Of a stretch of DNA of 64,000 nt, positions 43,461 to 58,886 are shown piece after piece (position 1 is the stretch's first letter; every line of letters starts with the position of its first letter). The position numbers were made by a program, and so were the translations under genes. The stretch comes from the human T2T-CHM13v2.0 reference genome, Homo sapiens: assembly GCF_009914755.1 (NCBI RefSeq), contig NC_060931.1; one strand, written 5' to 3'. The notes beneath the pieces are model-generated. The model did no database searches and was not told where the DNA came from. It was given only the letters and a program-made list of their open reading frames with translations.

Positions 43461-46400
43461 AAAATATATTAAAAACATACAAAGAAGTACTAAAGAGTGG
43501 AGTTCCTCAGTGTTGCGTTTTATATTAGAAGGATTTTGAGAATGAATGTACTACCTTGGATGTTGTTGAGTTGGCAAATTACATTATTTCTTCAGAAGTT
43601 TAGAGTATCACAGAGGATGAAATTTCCAGCATGATTAAACATTGAAAAAAAATTTGCACATTGCTCTTTTCCGAGAGAATCTAAATACTGAAGGGATTTC
43701 CTACCTTCTGCAAATCATGTGCAAGCATTTCTTTGAAAATCAGAAATTTTATGTTGTGTCTTTTTCCTTTAATATGACTCCATTCCATTTATCTTACAGA
43801 ATTTTATCATAATATGCATTATGCTTGAAATTATTTTATTAATCACTCCATTATTTCTGTACCACAAAGTTATGTATGAAAGTTGATTTTTAAAAATTCT
43901 CCATGATTATATATTTCTAAGTTATGAAATAATGTGGGTTGATGTATTATAATTAGTATTAAAACTTGAGCATCCTGTAGAATTCCATTATAAATTGTAA
44001 TACATCCTACATATAAAAATGAAATATTACTTAACTGAATCTCCATATCTTAATGAGCAACATCAAGATCTATTTTAAACTATATTTCTGTGTCTGAATG
44101 AGCACAACTTGCTGCTTGAATGAGTCAAAGTTCACCATAATTTTTCTGGCTACAGGCACTGTATACAGTCACAAAAATAAAGAGATGCTCATGTTAGGGG
44201 TTTTCTCATTGTAGTTTCATTCAGTTCTTTGAATTCATTTTTAGATATATGCTGAAAATGACACAGTGGTTTATTATGAATAATTACTTTTAGTGGTCTA
44301 AAAGCTAACAGCTTGGTTAGTTCCTCCTACAATGTTTTTGAAAAAAATTAAACCAAATGACTCAAAAAGTGATTTTATACAATTATTTGCAATTATTTTA
44401 TTTAAAAAGCGAAAGATGATTGACAAAAGAACACCTTGACTTTAACCAAAAATGTATTCCCAGGATGGTTACTTTTAGAAAAACCAACATGATAATAATT
44501 TTGATGATCTGGAAATATATTTCTTCAAGATATATATGAACCATAGTTTAAAGACTTCTGCCAGAGGCATCTAAAATAAGAGAACAAGAGCTAGAGGACT
44601 CTTCCTGAATAAATTTAAAAAAATTTTTTTTGTCTTTGACCAAATTACCAGCTACTAATGCAATATCAATGTACTGCACCATACCATCTGTATAAATTTT
44701 CAAAACATATAATACTGTATTATGTAGAGACACACATAAGCGCATGCATAAACACACAATATAAAATTGCGTGACATATAAAGTAACTTTGTAAAGTTAT
44801 AAAAAAATGTAGGTTTCAGGATTTTGATTATATATGAAGATGGTTTGGGGTGTGGCTTCTACATTTCCTTTAAATTTATCTTTTTCTAAAATGAAATAAA
44901 GCCTGAAACATGAAGAAAAAAGAAAGAATGAAAAGGAAGGAAAAAGGAAAGAAAAGGACTAAGTTATGGAGACGGGGTTGATTTTAAAATGCTCCTCAAA
45001 AGAAAAATTAAAGAATTAAATATGACTTCCTAAAAAATAGCATATTATATAGAAGATGCACTAGATATATGCAAAAAGATAGAAGACAAGGAAATACTAC
45101 ATGCTATTCTGGAAATGAAAATTAAGACTCATATTGAGTATCAAACTACATGTTCATACTAAAAGTAGAAAAGTCAAAGAAAATTGGAATGGAAGAAGAA
45201 CATGTTTTATTTATTTATTTGTTCTAGATGCTGCAAAGTCACAGATGACCAAAAAATAAGGACCATGTCCATATAAAAAATAATTTAGAATTACCCTACG
45301 AAATGAATACATGTATAATTTCGACACAATTCTACATGACTAATTCTACATTTAAGTGTTATGACAGCATTGATCTCTGTATTTCAAAGCATCACGTTGA
45401 ATAGCATATATTCAAAATGTTTAATCAATTATACTATGGTCAAAACTGGACTAAAAATTGAACAAAAAGTATCTAAGAGAAGTATAACAGAAGAGATAGC
45501 ACACAGAAAACTTTGACCTTTGGGATATTCAAGGAGATACTTGAAAAGTCATTCACTTAAGAGCCTCTGAGAAGATGGGTTTGCCTGACTAATCCTTGTT
45601 CCTTACTGAGCCTGTGTACTATTAACTATTTTTCACAGAATAAAAATGATCACCAAGGTTATTGGTTATGGTAGACAGGAGAAAATAAGGCCATTAAAAA
45701 TAACCAACTGTTTCTTTATATTTCTGTGAGTAGGAAAGGGTAGCTGTCCAGCTTCAGCTTCCAGGTACATTAAATACTTTAAGCCTCATTTCATAAATGG
45801 AGCAGATTAACTACTCTCATAAATCTGAAATAAAATTCATAAACATAAATTAACAGCTGGTTTACAAATTTTCACAATCTAGTCACTCTCTAATTTTACT
45901 AAATAAAGGAAAGACATAAGCTCAGACTTTGAACTAACTATACACCATAAAATCTAGTTCAGGTGGCTGTGAGAATGGCTTATGTGATAGGGAGATAGAA
46001 GGCATGCATTCTCTCTGAAACTGGATATTATTGATATTATTGAGGAACTCGTCTTTCTTCACATTCATTAACTAGTTCCTAAGTATCACCATGCAGAGAA
46101 GATAAAGCATCTGAAATTTTGTTTGGATAACAGCTAAGCCTACATTAAAGAACAAAAAACAACTCTGATGTCAAACCTCCTTTCAGATGCTATCAGCGTT
46201 CAGAGGGGATATATATTTATAAAATTTCTTACCATACAATAAGATCCAAAGACAAAGGAGTATATGAGTAGTTTAGTGCCTTATACTTCAACATTCAGTT
46301 GTAAGTCCATGTGAGGTTAAGGAAGATTTACGGAACTACCAAATAATTTCAAATGCATTGCACCTTGACAATTTTACTGTACCATATCTTTAGGTATAAG

Positions 46401-47150
46401 AGCTTTGCTAAATTCTTGGGATTATATTTGGGTCAATATGGTACATTGATAAAGTATAGAGTAGCCAGGAATTCTGTTAGTATAACAATAACTATGGGTC
46501 TTTTAAAAACTCATTCTAACTGTGGTAAATTATATATCATAAAAAATCTGAAACTAATGTATCTATTATATAATATCATGGATTGAATGTAATTAGTAAC
46601 CAGAGAAAAATGAAAAATGTAGCATTTTGTATGTTCACTTGGGGTTGTTCCTTTATCTCTTAATCACACTACTTGGGTAGTGGGGTTAGTATGGGATGGT
46701 CTGCACACCTGAAATGGCTGTTGGAAAGTGTAGAACAGTTTGTAGAGGATAAAAGTTATATTTAGGTGGGGTAGAATAAGCAATATCACTCCTATTTATA
46801 CTGCTTACAGTTAGGAGTGCTTGTTCTATTTATGTATCTGGCTCATAAATTACAGAGAACATATTGTTCAGTTGGGTATCTAAAATCAGGAAAAATCAGG
46901 TCAATAAATAAACAATTGCATAGAAATATAAGCGATAGCCCTGGATATGATTGAAGTATAAACTCCATAACTACCTATGGGACCTAACAGTCTACTGAGG
47001 TGGTTTATATGTTTATGCAGAAAAAAATACAAAATAGAAGAGTTAAAAATTGAATCTGGATTTTCCAATTTTGGTAGAATGGGGCTCTGCTATTGGTAAT
47101 GACAGTAGAGATTAACTTGGATCAACTTTCTCTGTAATAGATAACAGTTA

Positions 47151-47695
<545 letters not shown>

Positions 47696-47799
47696 TTATG
47701 GCGGAAATCCCTGGAAGAATGATGTCACAAGGTGAAGCCGCAAATCTATATGGAAACCCCACCAAAATAATTGGCTGCTAATCCAGATTGCACCTGCAC

Positions 47800-47890
47800 A
47801 GTGGAGTAGCAGAGGTGGTACTGCATAGTCCACAAAATCCAAAATATGTATCTAGCCCTGTATAGATAAATTTTGCCAACTATGACTTAG
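47800..47890. mobile_element. MER58-like fragment
   Basis: 'cacaaaatccaaaatatgtatctagccctgtatagataaattttgccaac'. Confidence 0.45.
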
Positions 47891-48288
47891 ATCCTGCCTC
47901 ATACCATACATAAAAATTATCAAAAATGAATAATAGACCTAAACACAATAGGTGAAATTATTAAACTCTTCAAAGAAAACTAGAAGTAAATCTTAGTGGC
48001 CTGAAGTTTGGTAAATATTTCTATATAAGATAAATGCACAATAGGATGGCTAAAACAAACGACACAAAAAACAAATGTTCATAAGGACATGGACAAACTT
48101 GAAACCTCATACATTGCTCATAGGAATGTGAAATGGTTCAGTCACTTTAACATTTTGTCAATTTATTATAAATTTAGCTACAAACTTACCTTACAATTCA
48201 GCAATCTTTACATATTTACCCAAGAAAATGAAAACCTCTGTTCACACAAAACATTTTCATGAATATTTGTATTTTGAGAGGGTTATGG
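47890..48288 (+). mobile_element. Old L1M ORF2 3' fragments
   Basis: 'gaaacctcatacattgctcataggaatgtgaaatggttcagtcacttt'. Confidence 0.7.
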
Positions 48289-48789
48289 TGTTACCAAAAT
48301 GCCAGTGGTTGGCCTAGGTCCTGCTGCTTGCCACACAAAAAGCCAATCACTGAGATAATGAGTATTGCCAGGGGAGAAGGCTTTAATCAGGTGCTGCTGC
48401 CAAGGAGATGGGAGATCAGTCTCAAATCTATCTATCTCCCTGACCAACTAAAATTAGGGGATTATATAGCAGGAGAGAAATACAACAACATGCAGTTAAA
48501 CAGGAGTTAGGGAGGGGTAAGGAAGAAGAGTTGGTCAACAGGGAGCAGGTGGTCGGTTAGGCAATCATGAATTGTGAGGGGTTTGGTATCTCATTGTCCA
48601 AATTCAGTAATCTGGTAAGTTTCAGGTCCTTGATACTATCTAGGAGGCCTGATGGTTGGATTCCTGAGAAAGGAACTCAGATAAGACAAATGTAACTTTT
48701 TCAAATTTTAACACTGGGATGGTCAATTTCTATGTCTATTCAAAAGAAATTTTAAACGTCGGTTGTATAGGACAATTGGGCTGGTTTCA
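48289..48789 (-). mobile_element. LOR1-like solo LTR (ERV1)
   Basis: TG...CA ends ('tgttacc' ... 'ggtttca'), ~500 bp, 4-bp TSD-like atgg/atga. Confidence 0.8.
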
Positions 48790-51289
48790 ATGAATCACTT
48801 AATCTATGCATTTGTCCAAATTAATCAAATTGTACATTTAAGATGTGTAAAACTTTCAAACATAGTAAGTGTACATTATAAAAATGGAACTATAAAAAAT
48901 ACTGAACTTCAGAGATAAACTTGCTTTTTAAAGTGATTTGAATCAGCAATTCTGAACCTGTGTTCTCTGTGTCTAGCCTTGAGCAACTGCATCAATAGAT
49001 TGAAAGTAAATAAAGAAAACCAGACTTTTCACTTTGGAGAATGAAGGAAGAGGATCAGAGAAATCAATAGGGCAGGATTAGTTGTCTCACAAAGGTGAAG
49101 GTCATTGCCTCTGTGCTGAAAGCAGCTCTAAGCATTGACTGTAATCTGAAATTCATTAGCTACTTTTTCTTTGAGTAATTTTCCACCTTAACAGTGAATC
49201 ACCAGAGGCAGTACCCTATGGATCGAAAAACTGGGAATCCCTTTAGAAAGCTCTAGAGGGAAAAATAAGGCACCTGTTTATTAATTTCCTGGCTTTGATA
49301 ATTATATCACAGTTATGGAAGTTTGATAACATCAGGGCATAGTAGAGAAGGGTCTGAGTGAACTCTCAACATTTCATTGAAAGGTAAATTTTTTTAAAGT
49401 TTTAAAGTATGTATTCCCTAGAGCTGGAAAAAATGTGCTTTCATCTTACCTGGGTCTGAGTGTGGGTAATTTTCAAGAAATATCTGAATACCCTCATGGA
49501 TTGTTAGGAGCTTCATCAGTGCAGCTGTTGGTTCACAAATTTTCCCTAAAAATAGAATAAGGGTCATTATTGATAAATCTGGGTTCACAACCTTGAAAGT
49601 CCTCTTTAAAAGAAAAAAAAATGGCTAGGTTTTCAAGCTCCATATGGTCGCTGCTGGTAGGCATCTGTTACATTGCAGACATTTACATGCTTGTAGCTGT
49701 TAGGATACTGATGATTTGTTTTACCATGAATATGATGTTTAGTAAATGGAATCACTTAAAACAGAATGTGCACAGAGAACGTACACTTTGGGAAGGCAGG
49801 AAATAAGCCTTCATCCTCTCTTGAAAGCCCGTTGTCTAGCACTGTGCTTTGAGAAGATGATCGCACACTTCTTGTATTAAAATTAATTGAACTGTACAAA
49901 TATATCTCAGATCATCTATGCAATGATGATCCAATCTTATAAGTTTCTTTTAGGTAAAACTAATTTAGACTCTTCAATGTTGCAATCATTTTTTTGGTAA
50001 ATTTGCTTTTTCTTTATAAAAGTACCACATGTTAACTATGGAAAATTTAGCAAAAAATGATGAAAATAAAATTCACCAATAACTGTGCCACCTAAGCTCA
50101 CCACATTTAATGTTTTGCTTCATTTCCTGTATGTCTTCTGTAATGTTATGTTTTACAAATATGGGAGTTATTTAGACTGTTCAAGAGGATTTGCCTCTAA
50201 TCCTCAGCAGTAAAGTATACTACTTTATATACATTAGATAACTACAATCAAAATGTTTTTTATTCTTGTGTAACAACTTCCCCTTTAAAAATTATTTATA
50301 TATAAAAATTCCTTTACTCCTAACCTCTAAGCTGTCAAATTGGTAGCCTCATGAGTTAGCCCTCTCTAACTGTGAGGAAATTGGGACTTAGAAAGGAGAA
50401 ACTGACTTGTCTATGCTACATAGTCATTATCGGTCCTCGGTAGTGGTTCTAGGATACTTTGTAGAAAGTACATTTTTCCCTGCATTGTTTAATGCATTCA
50501 TTTATGATCCAAACACTTAAAAAGTATATCTCATTGGCTGGAATTTACTTCCAACAATGTGCATTTTTTGTAAGATTCCAAAAGCCACTTATTTACAATT
50601 AATCAAGAACTAGTGGATGTGAATGTTTTCCTAGACAATAATGGTTTTATGTGTTCAGCTGCCACAAAGCCCTGCTGGGACTATATCCCTTCTGCAAGAA
50701 GAGAGAAATCTTCCTGCACATTTTACTAAAAAATGGAACATGAAAGGCAAAGAAGCCTGTTACTCAGCTGAACTCTCCACTCACGTAATCTGCTATAATT
50801 GTGGATAATCATTTGCTAAAGTAGGAGCAATGCTAAAACAAATCAATTAGTCTAACATCTAAGTCCACGAGATTAAGATACACACAGTGACAAAAGGATA
50901 AATAGGGATATTGTGTTAAATGAATTATGTGTGTGAATAAACAATACATTCAAGCAGGGGAGGGTATTCAGAAAATTAAAAATCTGGTATTTGAATTTAA
51001 TTATTAAAAAATTGCATTTATTACCTTAAATAAGGAGCCCAGTTAGAAAACACATAGGAAAGCATTTACAGCAAAGGAGCATTCACACACATACTTTACT
51101 ATGGAGAATAAAAGCCCTGTAATAATTCATATACATTTCACAGTGTGGCCTCCTTCCTTCTTGTTTGCCTATCACTCCTAGAAAATAAACAAATGAATAA
51201 ATAATGGAATCATGGTAGGATTATACATGCATGATTACAACTTCACATCTGCACCCACGGTTGCCTGGAAAGCTTACAAATTTATCCCA

Positions 51290-52160
51290 GTAAATGAATT
51301 TTCCCACAATCTTCAATGACTATGTTATAATTTAACACAACTACCCTCCATCCCTTTCCTCAGAAGATAATTTTTCATATGCTTTATAGAATCAGAACCT
51401 CTAAGTCAGGATTTTCCTCATTTTCTGCCCACCATGCATAAATGTATATGCCTCTATGCTTGTCCTCCTTAAGAGTTGTCGATATCCTGGAAGAGATCTT
51501 CCTATTGAGAACCAGGCTGCTGCTTTGTGGGCACCATCTTTCCTATAACCCAAATGGACCTTGTTCTGGGTGATGGTCCACCTCTCCCCCCCAACACCAC
51601 CCCCCCCCACCGCCCCCCCCACCCCGCCACCACACACACAAACGCACTTTCAATTTCTTGTCATTTAACGCCAGGAATTCTGCCTAGGTTCTGTGCTCAC
51701 CATACAAAAAGACAATCACTGAGACAACAAGTATTGACAGAAAAGAAGGCTTTATTATGTGTGGTGTCAGCTAGAGAGACAGGAGACAAATCTTAAATCC
51801 ACTCCTTCTCCCTAATAAGTGAAGGGTTTATGTTGCCAGGAAGGAAAACAGGAGGGACAAGGAAGAATAATTGGTCTACAGGTAGCAGGTGCTTCTCATT
51901 GTGCTAATGTAAGTTCTTCAAGCTTCAGTTCTATGGGCATCCAGCTCGTTGGAAAGTTCAGCCTATTTCACTTTTTCTCTCTACTGACTAGTTCTCACCA
52001 GAATCTAAACAGTGATCCATAATTCCCTATCTTTGAATCAAAGGAATTGCAAAAGCAACACTTCAACCCCTTAGTTCACATTCTCCTTAACAATAAAAAT
52101 AAATTCCATCTCTACTTAAGTCAAGTACTTTCTAATCCAACAGTCTACATGATCTTACCA
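51290..52160 (+). mobile_element. Decayed L2 fragments around an LTR
   Basis: Pyrimidine-rich L2-like text; weak. Confidence 0.4.
51659..51960 (-). mobile_element. LOR1-related (MER4-group) short LTR
   Basis: Shares 'cctagg...caatcactgaga...agtattg...gaaggcttta' with the LTR at 48289; TG...CA ends. Confidence 0.65.
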
Positions 52161-52169
52161 TTTTTCATC

Positions 52170-53700
52170 ATTCTGAAATATGAAATATTTCACTCACGTA
52201 GAAAAGTCCAGGTGACTGTGTAACTACCAGCTATGTTGCCACTACTAAGATTTCATAATTGTTAATATTTTGCAAATAGTTGCTTCAGATTTCATTTTTA
52301 AAAAGGAAATAAATGTTTATTATTAGAAATGTAAGTGCACCCTTCTGGGATCCCTTTCTAAAGTTAGCTATATTTTGAAATTTTAGTCTAACCTTTATTT
52401 TTATATTTTCACTGCATTTTATTGGATCTATACATAGCATATAGTAATGCACTACAGAGTATACATCTTAAGCTTTGGGGATTTATCCTCACCAGCCTAT
52501 GTAGAGTTAGAGTTGCATCATTTATTTAAGACACTCTAGACTATTTCATTGAAAGAGGTGATTATGTTTTGGTTATTTCTTTTGATGAAAAGTAAGGTTG
52601 GTTCTGTTTTTCTTTACTCCAAATCTTGCTATAATTAAAGTCTGCCTGCCTGTCCCAAAGTCATATGTGACAAGTTCCCCTTAAATACCAAGGATATGAA
52701 TAACTTGCTTATTCAATATGCTTATTCTCAACTTAAGAAGATGTTGTCAAATTGCCCTCTAAGTTGGTTGTATCAATTTCCATTACCACCAGCTCTGTGA
52801 AGGCTCACTTTCCTCCATCAGAGCAACAATACATGTTACAGTCAGACTTTTGAAATGTTTCCATACACTGATGATTTGGGCTTGCTCTTCTGTAAATTAC
52901 TTTTGCACCAACTTTGCCACTTGTTAGATTGTGTGCTTTTGTCTAAATCTAGGATTGATTTACATAGTCTGGGAACTAATGCTTTATTGACTATATGCCT
53001 TGAAATATCTTCTTGTAGTCTGAATCCTTGCTTTTAAAATTAAACTGTGTCTTTTTTCAGATAAATGCTTTACATTCTTATATAATCACATTTGTTAATA
53101 TTTTATAATACAACTTTTTTGTTAAATTTTTCTTAGATTTGAATTATTTAAAGTTATTTTACAGGAGGAAAGTTAAAGATGAAAATTGTTTGTTTGTTTG
53201 TTTGTCATATGGATACTCAGTTGACAGCCATTGTTAAATTGCCCTTAATTTCCCAGTGATTTGCAAGGTGGTCTCATTCACATACCAAGTGTTTCTAGGT
53301 GTGGATCTGCTTCCAGATGCTTTAATAGGTTCCACTGATTCATTAGTCCACCCTGACCCAATACACACTGATTCACTTATAATAATTTTTGATACTGAAA
53401 AAGAAAGATTACACTATCCTATTCAGTTTTTAAAATTTATATTAGCTATTCTTGCCCCTTTTAAAATCTTCCTATCATATTTTCTTATTATTGTGAGTTT
53501 ATGTTCATCCTGCATTCAACAAGTTTGTATCCAACAAACTCTCTGCCTTCCAGTTTTATGGCTACTCTTCCCTGGAATTTTCTGCATAAATGATCATAAC
53601 ATGCACAAAGAGATAAACAAATTTTTTATTAGTATTTTAATATTATCTCACAGGCCTTGACATATATTATTGTGCAGTTATAAATATTTTATAATTTCAT
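52170..53700 (-). mobile_element. Decayed L1ME
   Basis: 'gtcaaattgccctctaagttggttgtatcaatttccattaccaccagc'. Confidence 0.6.
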
Positions 53701-54093
53701 ATCTCTCTTTTTACCCAGTTTATTACTAAGGCCTTCCTTTTAGGTTTTTGAACATGAGACTTTGTTTAGTCAGTTTTCAGTACGATTTACCTGGAATACA
53801 ATTTATCCTTTATAGGCCATAACTCAGTGAGCAAATGTCTAATCATGAAACCACCACCACAATTTTGCAGTCGATCTACACCAACCCCCATTTATTGGTT
53901 AGTTGCAGTTTATGTTTTTCTTAACAGCATATTTTGTTGTTAATTTTAACATAACTGCATTGAGATCTCAAAGTATAGTTCTGTATTTTAAGTAGTTTCT
54001 GAAAGTGATGAGTAGTTACTTTTTAATCTAATATCGATTAGTGTCCATGAATGGTGCAGTTACATCACAATAAAATATATATTCTCTTTTTCT

Positions 54094-54382
<289 letters not shown>

Positions 54383-54612
54383 ATATATATATATTTATAT
54401 ATATATATTTTTTATATATATATTTATATATATATTTTTTATATATTTTTATATTATATATATTACCTATATTTTATATATAATTATATAATATATATAT
54501 AATATATATATTGTGTATATATACAATATTATATATAATATATATTATATATAAATATATATATTATATATATTTATATATTTTTTATATATATATTTAT
54601 ATATATATATAT
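54383..54612. repeat. ~230-bp interrupted (TA)n tract
   Basis: Almost purely A/T, directly visible. Confidence 0.95.
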
Positions 54613-55613
54613 TTTCTTTTTCTTGAGTGGTGGGCTATGTTATACACAAACGTATGCACACATGTATAGCTCTTTTATATACTGCCATACATATATGTCT
54701 TTAGATTGAGTGGTATTTTGATATATAAAAGATTGCATATATTTTGGTATAATGTATATTATAGATAAAAGAATATTTGTGCATACATGTATGTATGTAT
54801 ACATATATGTTTGTGTGTATATACATAAACTATCCTCCATACTCCATACTCCCTCTGAGTTGATGGCCTAGCTTTGTAATTCGCTGTAGCAGTAGAACTA
54901 ACAAGAAGAGAATGAGTATTTTAGGTACCAGTACATCCATATTACTGGATGTACTGTAATAAATCCCTGGCTAAAGCAGGGATTTATACTCATAATAAAG
55001 TAAAATGTCCAGAAGTAGGTACACTAGCTCTGGTGCATCTTCGCAAAGATGTTAGGAAGAACTGATTGTAAGCACGACACTTTTGTCTTCAGATCTCAAA
55101 ACAGCTGCTGAGTGTCCTGACTTGCACCAGCATTCCAGGCCAAGGAATGGAGAATGGACTAGAATCAAAAAGGACTCAGAGGAAAGGAACCTAATCTTGG
55201 AAGATTTTTGTCTTTTTGTTTGGAAAGTAAAAAATCTCTTCTTGAACACTTACTTCACTTATTCCTCCTTTGCATAAATATGATACAAGGTCACTGTTTC
55301 CCACTAGGGGATCTGGAGAGATCCCAAGCCTCCCATCCCGGGGTTAAGCTCAGGGAATTGGAGCTGGTCTGCTGATGCACTCTGTAAGACTGACACAGCA
55401 GCGGGGCCTGCAGCGGCTCTACCTGGACCTAGGTCTTCCCTCAGCCTCTTAGTCCTGGGTCACATGTGTGTGTGCCCTGACTTCTGCCTATACCACCCAG
55501 GTCAGAGGCTACAGTGACGGGCAAGGTTCTGAGTCCCCAGTGGGAGCTGCCAGCTCCTGCTATGGGGTTCAGCCTGTTCATCATCTCCCACACATTCCAT
55601 CCATCTTCCCATC

Positions 55614-56196
55614 TGTGATGACGAATAGTAGGTGTCCACTTGGTTAGATTCAGGGATGCCTGGATGGCTGGTGAAGCATTGTTTCTGGGCACGTCTGTGA
55701 GGGTGTTGCCAAAGGAAACTGACACGAGTGTGGACTGGGAGAGGAAGACCCACCCTCGGTGTCCGTAGGCACTGTCCCATGGGCCACCAGCAGCTGGAGC
55801 AAAGCAGCGGGAAGGAGGTGGGATAGCTTTGTTTGCTGGGGCTTCTGGCTTCTGTCTTCTTCCTGAGCTGGACACTTCTATCTGCTCCTCCTGCACTTGG
55901 ACATAAGACTCCAAGTTCTTCAGCCTTGGAACTCTGGGACTTGCACCAGCAGCTTTCTCTGAGCTATCGGGCCTTTGGCCAGACTGAGGGCTGCACTGTC
56001 AGCCTTCCTGGTTTTCATACTTTGGGACTTGGACTGAGCCACTACTCACTTTGGCTTCTCTCTTCCCCAGCTTGCAGATGGCTTACCATGGGATTTTGCC
56101 TTGTAATTATGTGAGCCAATTCTCCCCAGTAAACTCCCTTTCATATATACATATATCCTTTTGGTTCTGTCCCTCTAGAGAACCCTGATTAATACA
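55614..56196 (+). mobile_element. MLT2B-like solo LTR
   Basis: 'tgtgatg...ttctgtccctctagagaaccctgattaataca'; perfect 5-bp TSD ccatc at 55609-55613 and 56197-56201. Confidence 0.92.
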
Positions 56197-56359
56197 CCAT
56201 CCAACTACCTGCCCTGTGGGCTTCAAGCATCAGACAAGAAGACGACAGGCTTAGACAAATGGTTCAGTCGGCTCCCTCAGTTGCACAAGACAATTGATCT
56301 CTCTCTCTCTCTCTCTGCAGTTGATCTCTCTCTCTCCCTCTCCGCATATATATGTTAAA

Positions 56360-56536
56360 CTTTGTTCTATTAAGACCTTCAATTGATTGAAGTCCACCCA
56401 CATTATGGAGGATAATCTGCTTTACTCAGAATCCTGATTTAAATATGAATGTCATCCAAAAACATCATCACAGAAATGTCCAGAATTATCTGGGCACTTC
56501 GCCTTAGCCAAACTGTCATAAAACTAACGACCATAG
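56360..56536 (-). mobile_element. MLT2 LTR fragment
   Basis: Similar to 35980-36090: 'cccacattatggaggataatctgctttactca'. Confidence 0.75.
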
Positions 56537-56539
56537 TAT

Positions 56540-57900
56540 TTTTCAAACTTATGCTTTTCAATCTTTAATATCTAAATGTTAATTATTATTTATTAGCTAT
56601 GTCTATGTAAACATTGTTCAGCTACATTTTAATTTTAATTTTTTATGCAATCTGGCTGTTTTAATGGATAAGATTGCTATATATATATTTACCCATGTAT
56701 TTGCATTGATTTCATATGTAATAGTCTGTGTTTCTTAGTCTTCATGTTTCTTGACTTCTCTTGCTTGAGATTGCATTGATAAAGTGCTTATATTTTCTTT
56801 ACATTTTTCTCTCCTTATTTGGAAGTTACAAAGAAATCTTCAATTATTTTTGTTACCTTTAAAGTTTTAACACATTTAATTAATTTTTCAGTGTTTCTAA
56901 TAAAGTCTAAAATTACTCAGCAACTCCTTCCTACTCCTGAGTAAAATAAGAAACTTAGCAAAATTTAATTTCTTGTGGACATCCTTTCTGCCATTATTTT
57001 CTTAGTTATTGTTGTCAAGAGGGTTTTTGTCTTTTAAACACAAAATTTTAGTCAAGTTTTTACAGTGACTAGTTAAGTTAATTTACAGGTATGTGTATTT
57101 ATTATTTGCTTGCAGTAATCTTTAATATAGCCTTGTCCTTGGCAACCCTTCTCTCTTTCCTGAAGTAGTCTGTTAGCATTATCTTTTAAATTTCTTATTA
57201 GCTACACCCTTGCCATATTGTGATACTAGGCACTCACTCCTGCAGATTACTACACCCAACTGTTTCCAATCCTGCATACAGTTTATTGTGACAATTGGCA
57301 TTTTAAAAAAAATTCTGTCATTATAATTTACTAAAATTAACAAAACATTTTAATATCCATTTATTCTTGTTTTTCCTGTTGCATGATTTCATATTTCCTG
57401 TTTTATAGATTATTTGCCTTTATCTCTTTGAGACTCTTGAATATGTTTATTTTCAAGTTGTCTCAGTTTTTTCATTATTTTCATTGGATATGGAGTACAT
57501 TCATCTTATTTTTGTAGGTACTACTGACTTTTATTTTTAGGGTTAATATTCTCTAAATATTTTCAAAATGTGAAGATGCAACCTGAGTGAGCATTATTAT
57601 TTGTTTTATTTCTGTTGTCTCATTTAGTTTATAACTATTTTCCTGTATTTCTCTTTTATTTTGATTGCTTTATAGATGTCTCCACTTTATCTTGGAAGCA
57701 ATTTTTTTATGGGTGTCTTGAAACTTTTGCTAAATGGTTATGTTGAGGATAGTGCAGATCTGATAGCAAGCCAGTGGTCTCTGTCCTATCTGTGAGAGAG
57801 TATCTGTGCCATGCAGCCTCCCTAGAGGGCAGCTGCATAAATCCTATAGCTCCTTTTCAGCACGGACCAGTGAGGGAGCTCTACAGCAGCCTCCAGCTTT
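56540..57900 (-). mobile_element. Very old L1M fragments
   Basis: T-rich with L1-like motifs; weak. Confidence 0.4.
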
Positions 57901-58124
57901 GGGAAGAGAATATGGCTCTCAGTTTCTTCCCCTTATGCTAAAGTGAGGAGCTCCCATCTTTCTTGTTTCCATGGAGTATAGAGGACTTGTATTCTTGACA
58001 CATTCTTACTTTGGCTTTCTTGATAGCATCTCTCTTGATTTTTTTCCTTGTTTTTGGATGCTTATTTTTAATTTTATTTTGTAGGTACTTCCTTTTTCAA
58101 TTATGACCTGCCACTTTTAAAGTA

Positions 58125-58540
58125 TATTTTAAATTTAATTTTAGCTCATAAATAATAATTATATATATTTATGGGGTACAGTGTGATGTTCAGATATGTG
58201 TGTACATTGCAGAATGATTAAATCAAGCTAATTAACATTTCTATCACCTCGCCTACTTATTTCCTTGTGGTGAGAACATTTCAAATCTATTATTTTAGTA
58301 GTTTTGTAATATACAGTGCTTTATTATTAAATTATTGAAGTAGGTCACTACAGCTGTTCCTGCTGTCTAGCTGAAACTTTGTACCATGTCACCAGCATGC
58401 CTCCCTTCCTGGCCAGCCCTGTCACTCTCGCATCCATGATTCCTTTCTACTCTTATGAGCTTAGCTTATTTTAGATTCCACAAATAAGTGAGATTATGCA
58501 GTAGATTTCTCTCTATGCCTGGCTTATTTCACTTAGCATA
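58125..58540 (-). mobile_element. L1MA 3' end
   Basis: 'tatttatggggtacagtgtgatgtt', 'ggcttatttcacttagcata'. Confidence 0.85.
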
Positions 58541-58886
58541 CTAAACATATACTGATGAGTCCTGATGATATATAAATAACACCTATATACTGATGAGTCA
58601 CTGATTTATATTTTCAGCCAAGACCTCCTTTCTAAGCTCCCTGCAGCTACCTGCAGGTTATTCACTGATACCACATGCCTACCCAGGCCAGAGAAAAGGC
58701 ACTAGAGCTGAGGCTGGGATTTTCGTCTTCACATTCACATACGTTGTCTGTGTCCCAAATGTTAATTCCAGTATTTCTATGCTAGAGAGACTTAGCAATT
58801 GTTTTTGTTTTTGGTTTCAATATGATGCCTTGTTCTGTGAAGATATGTATTTTTATTTCATCATTGCATTTTGTTTCTCTTTCATG

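Noticed and set aside
55441-56114. 157 aa and 93 aa ORFs
   Set aside because: Chance ORFs over the MLT2 LTR with non-ATG starts.
58545-58610. Two CTGATGAG motifs resembling a hammerhead ribozyme core
   Set aside because: No stem II closed by GAAA follows; the text fits an L2 motif (tatatgctgatgactc) with a local duplication.
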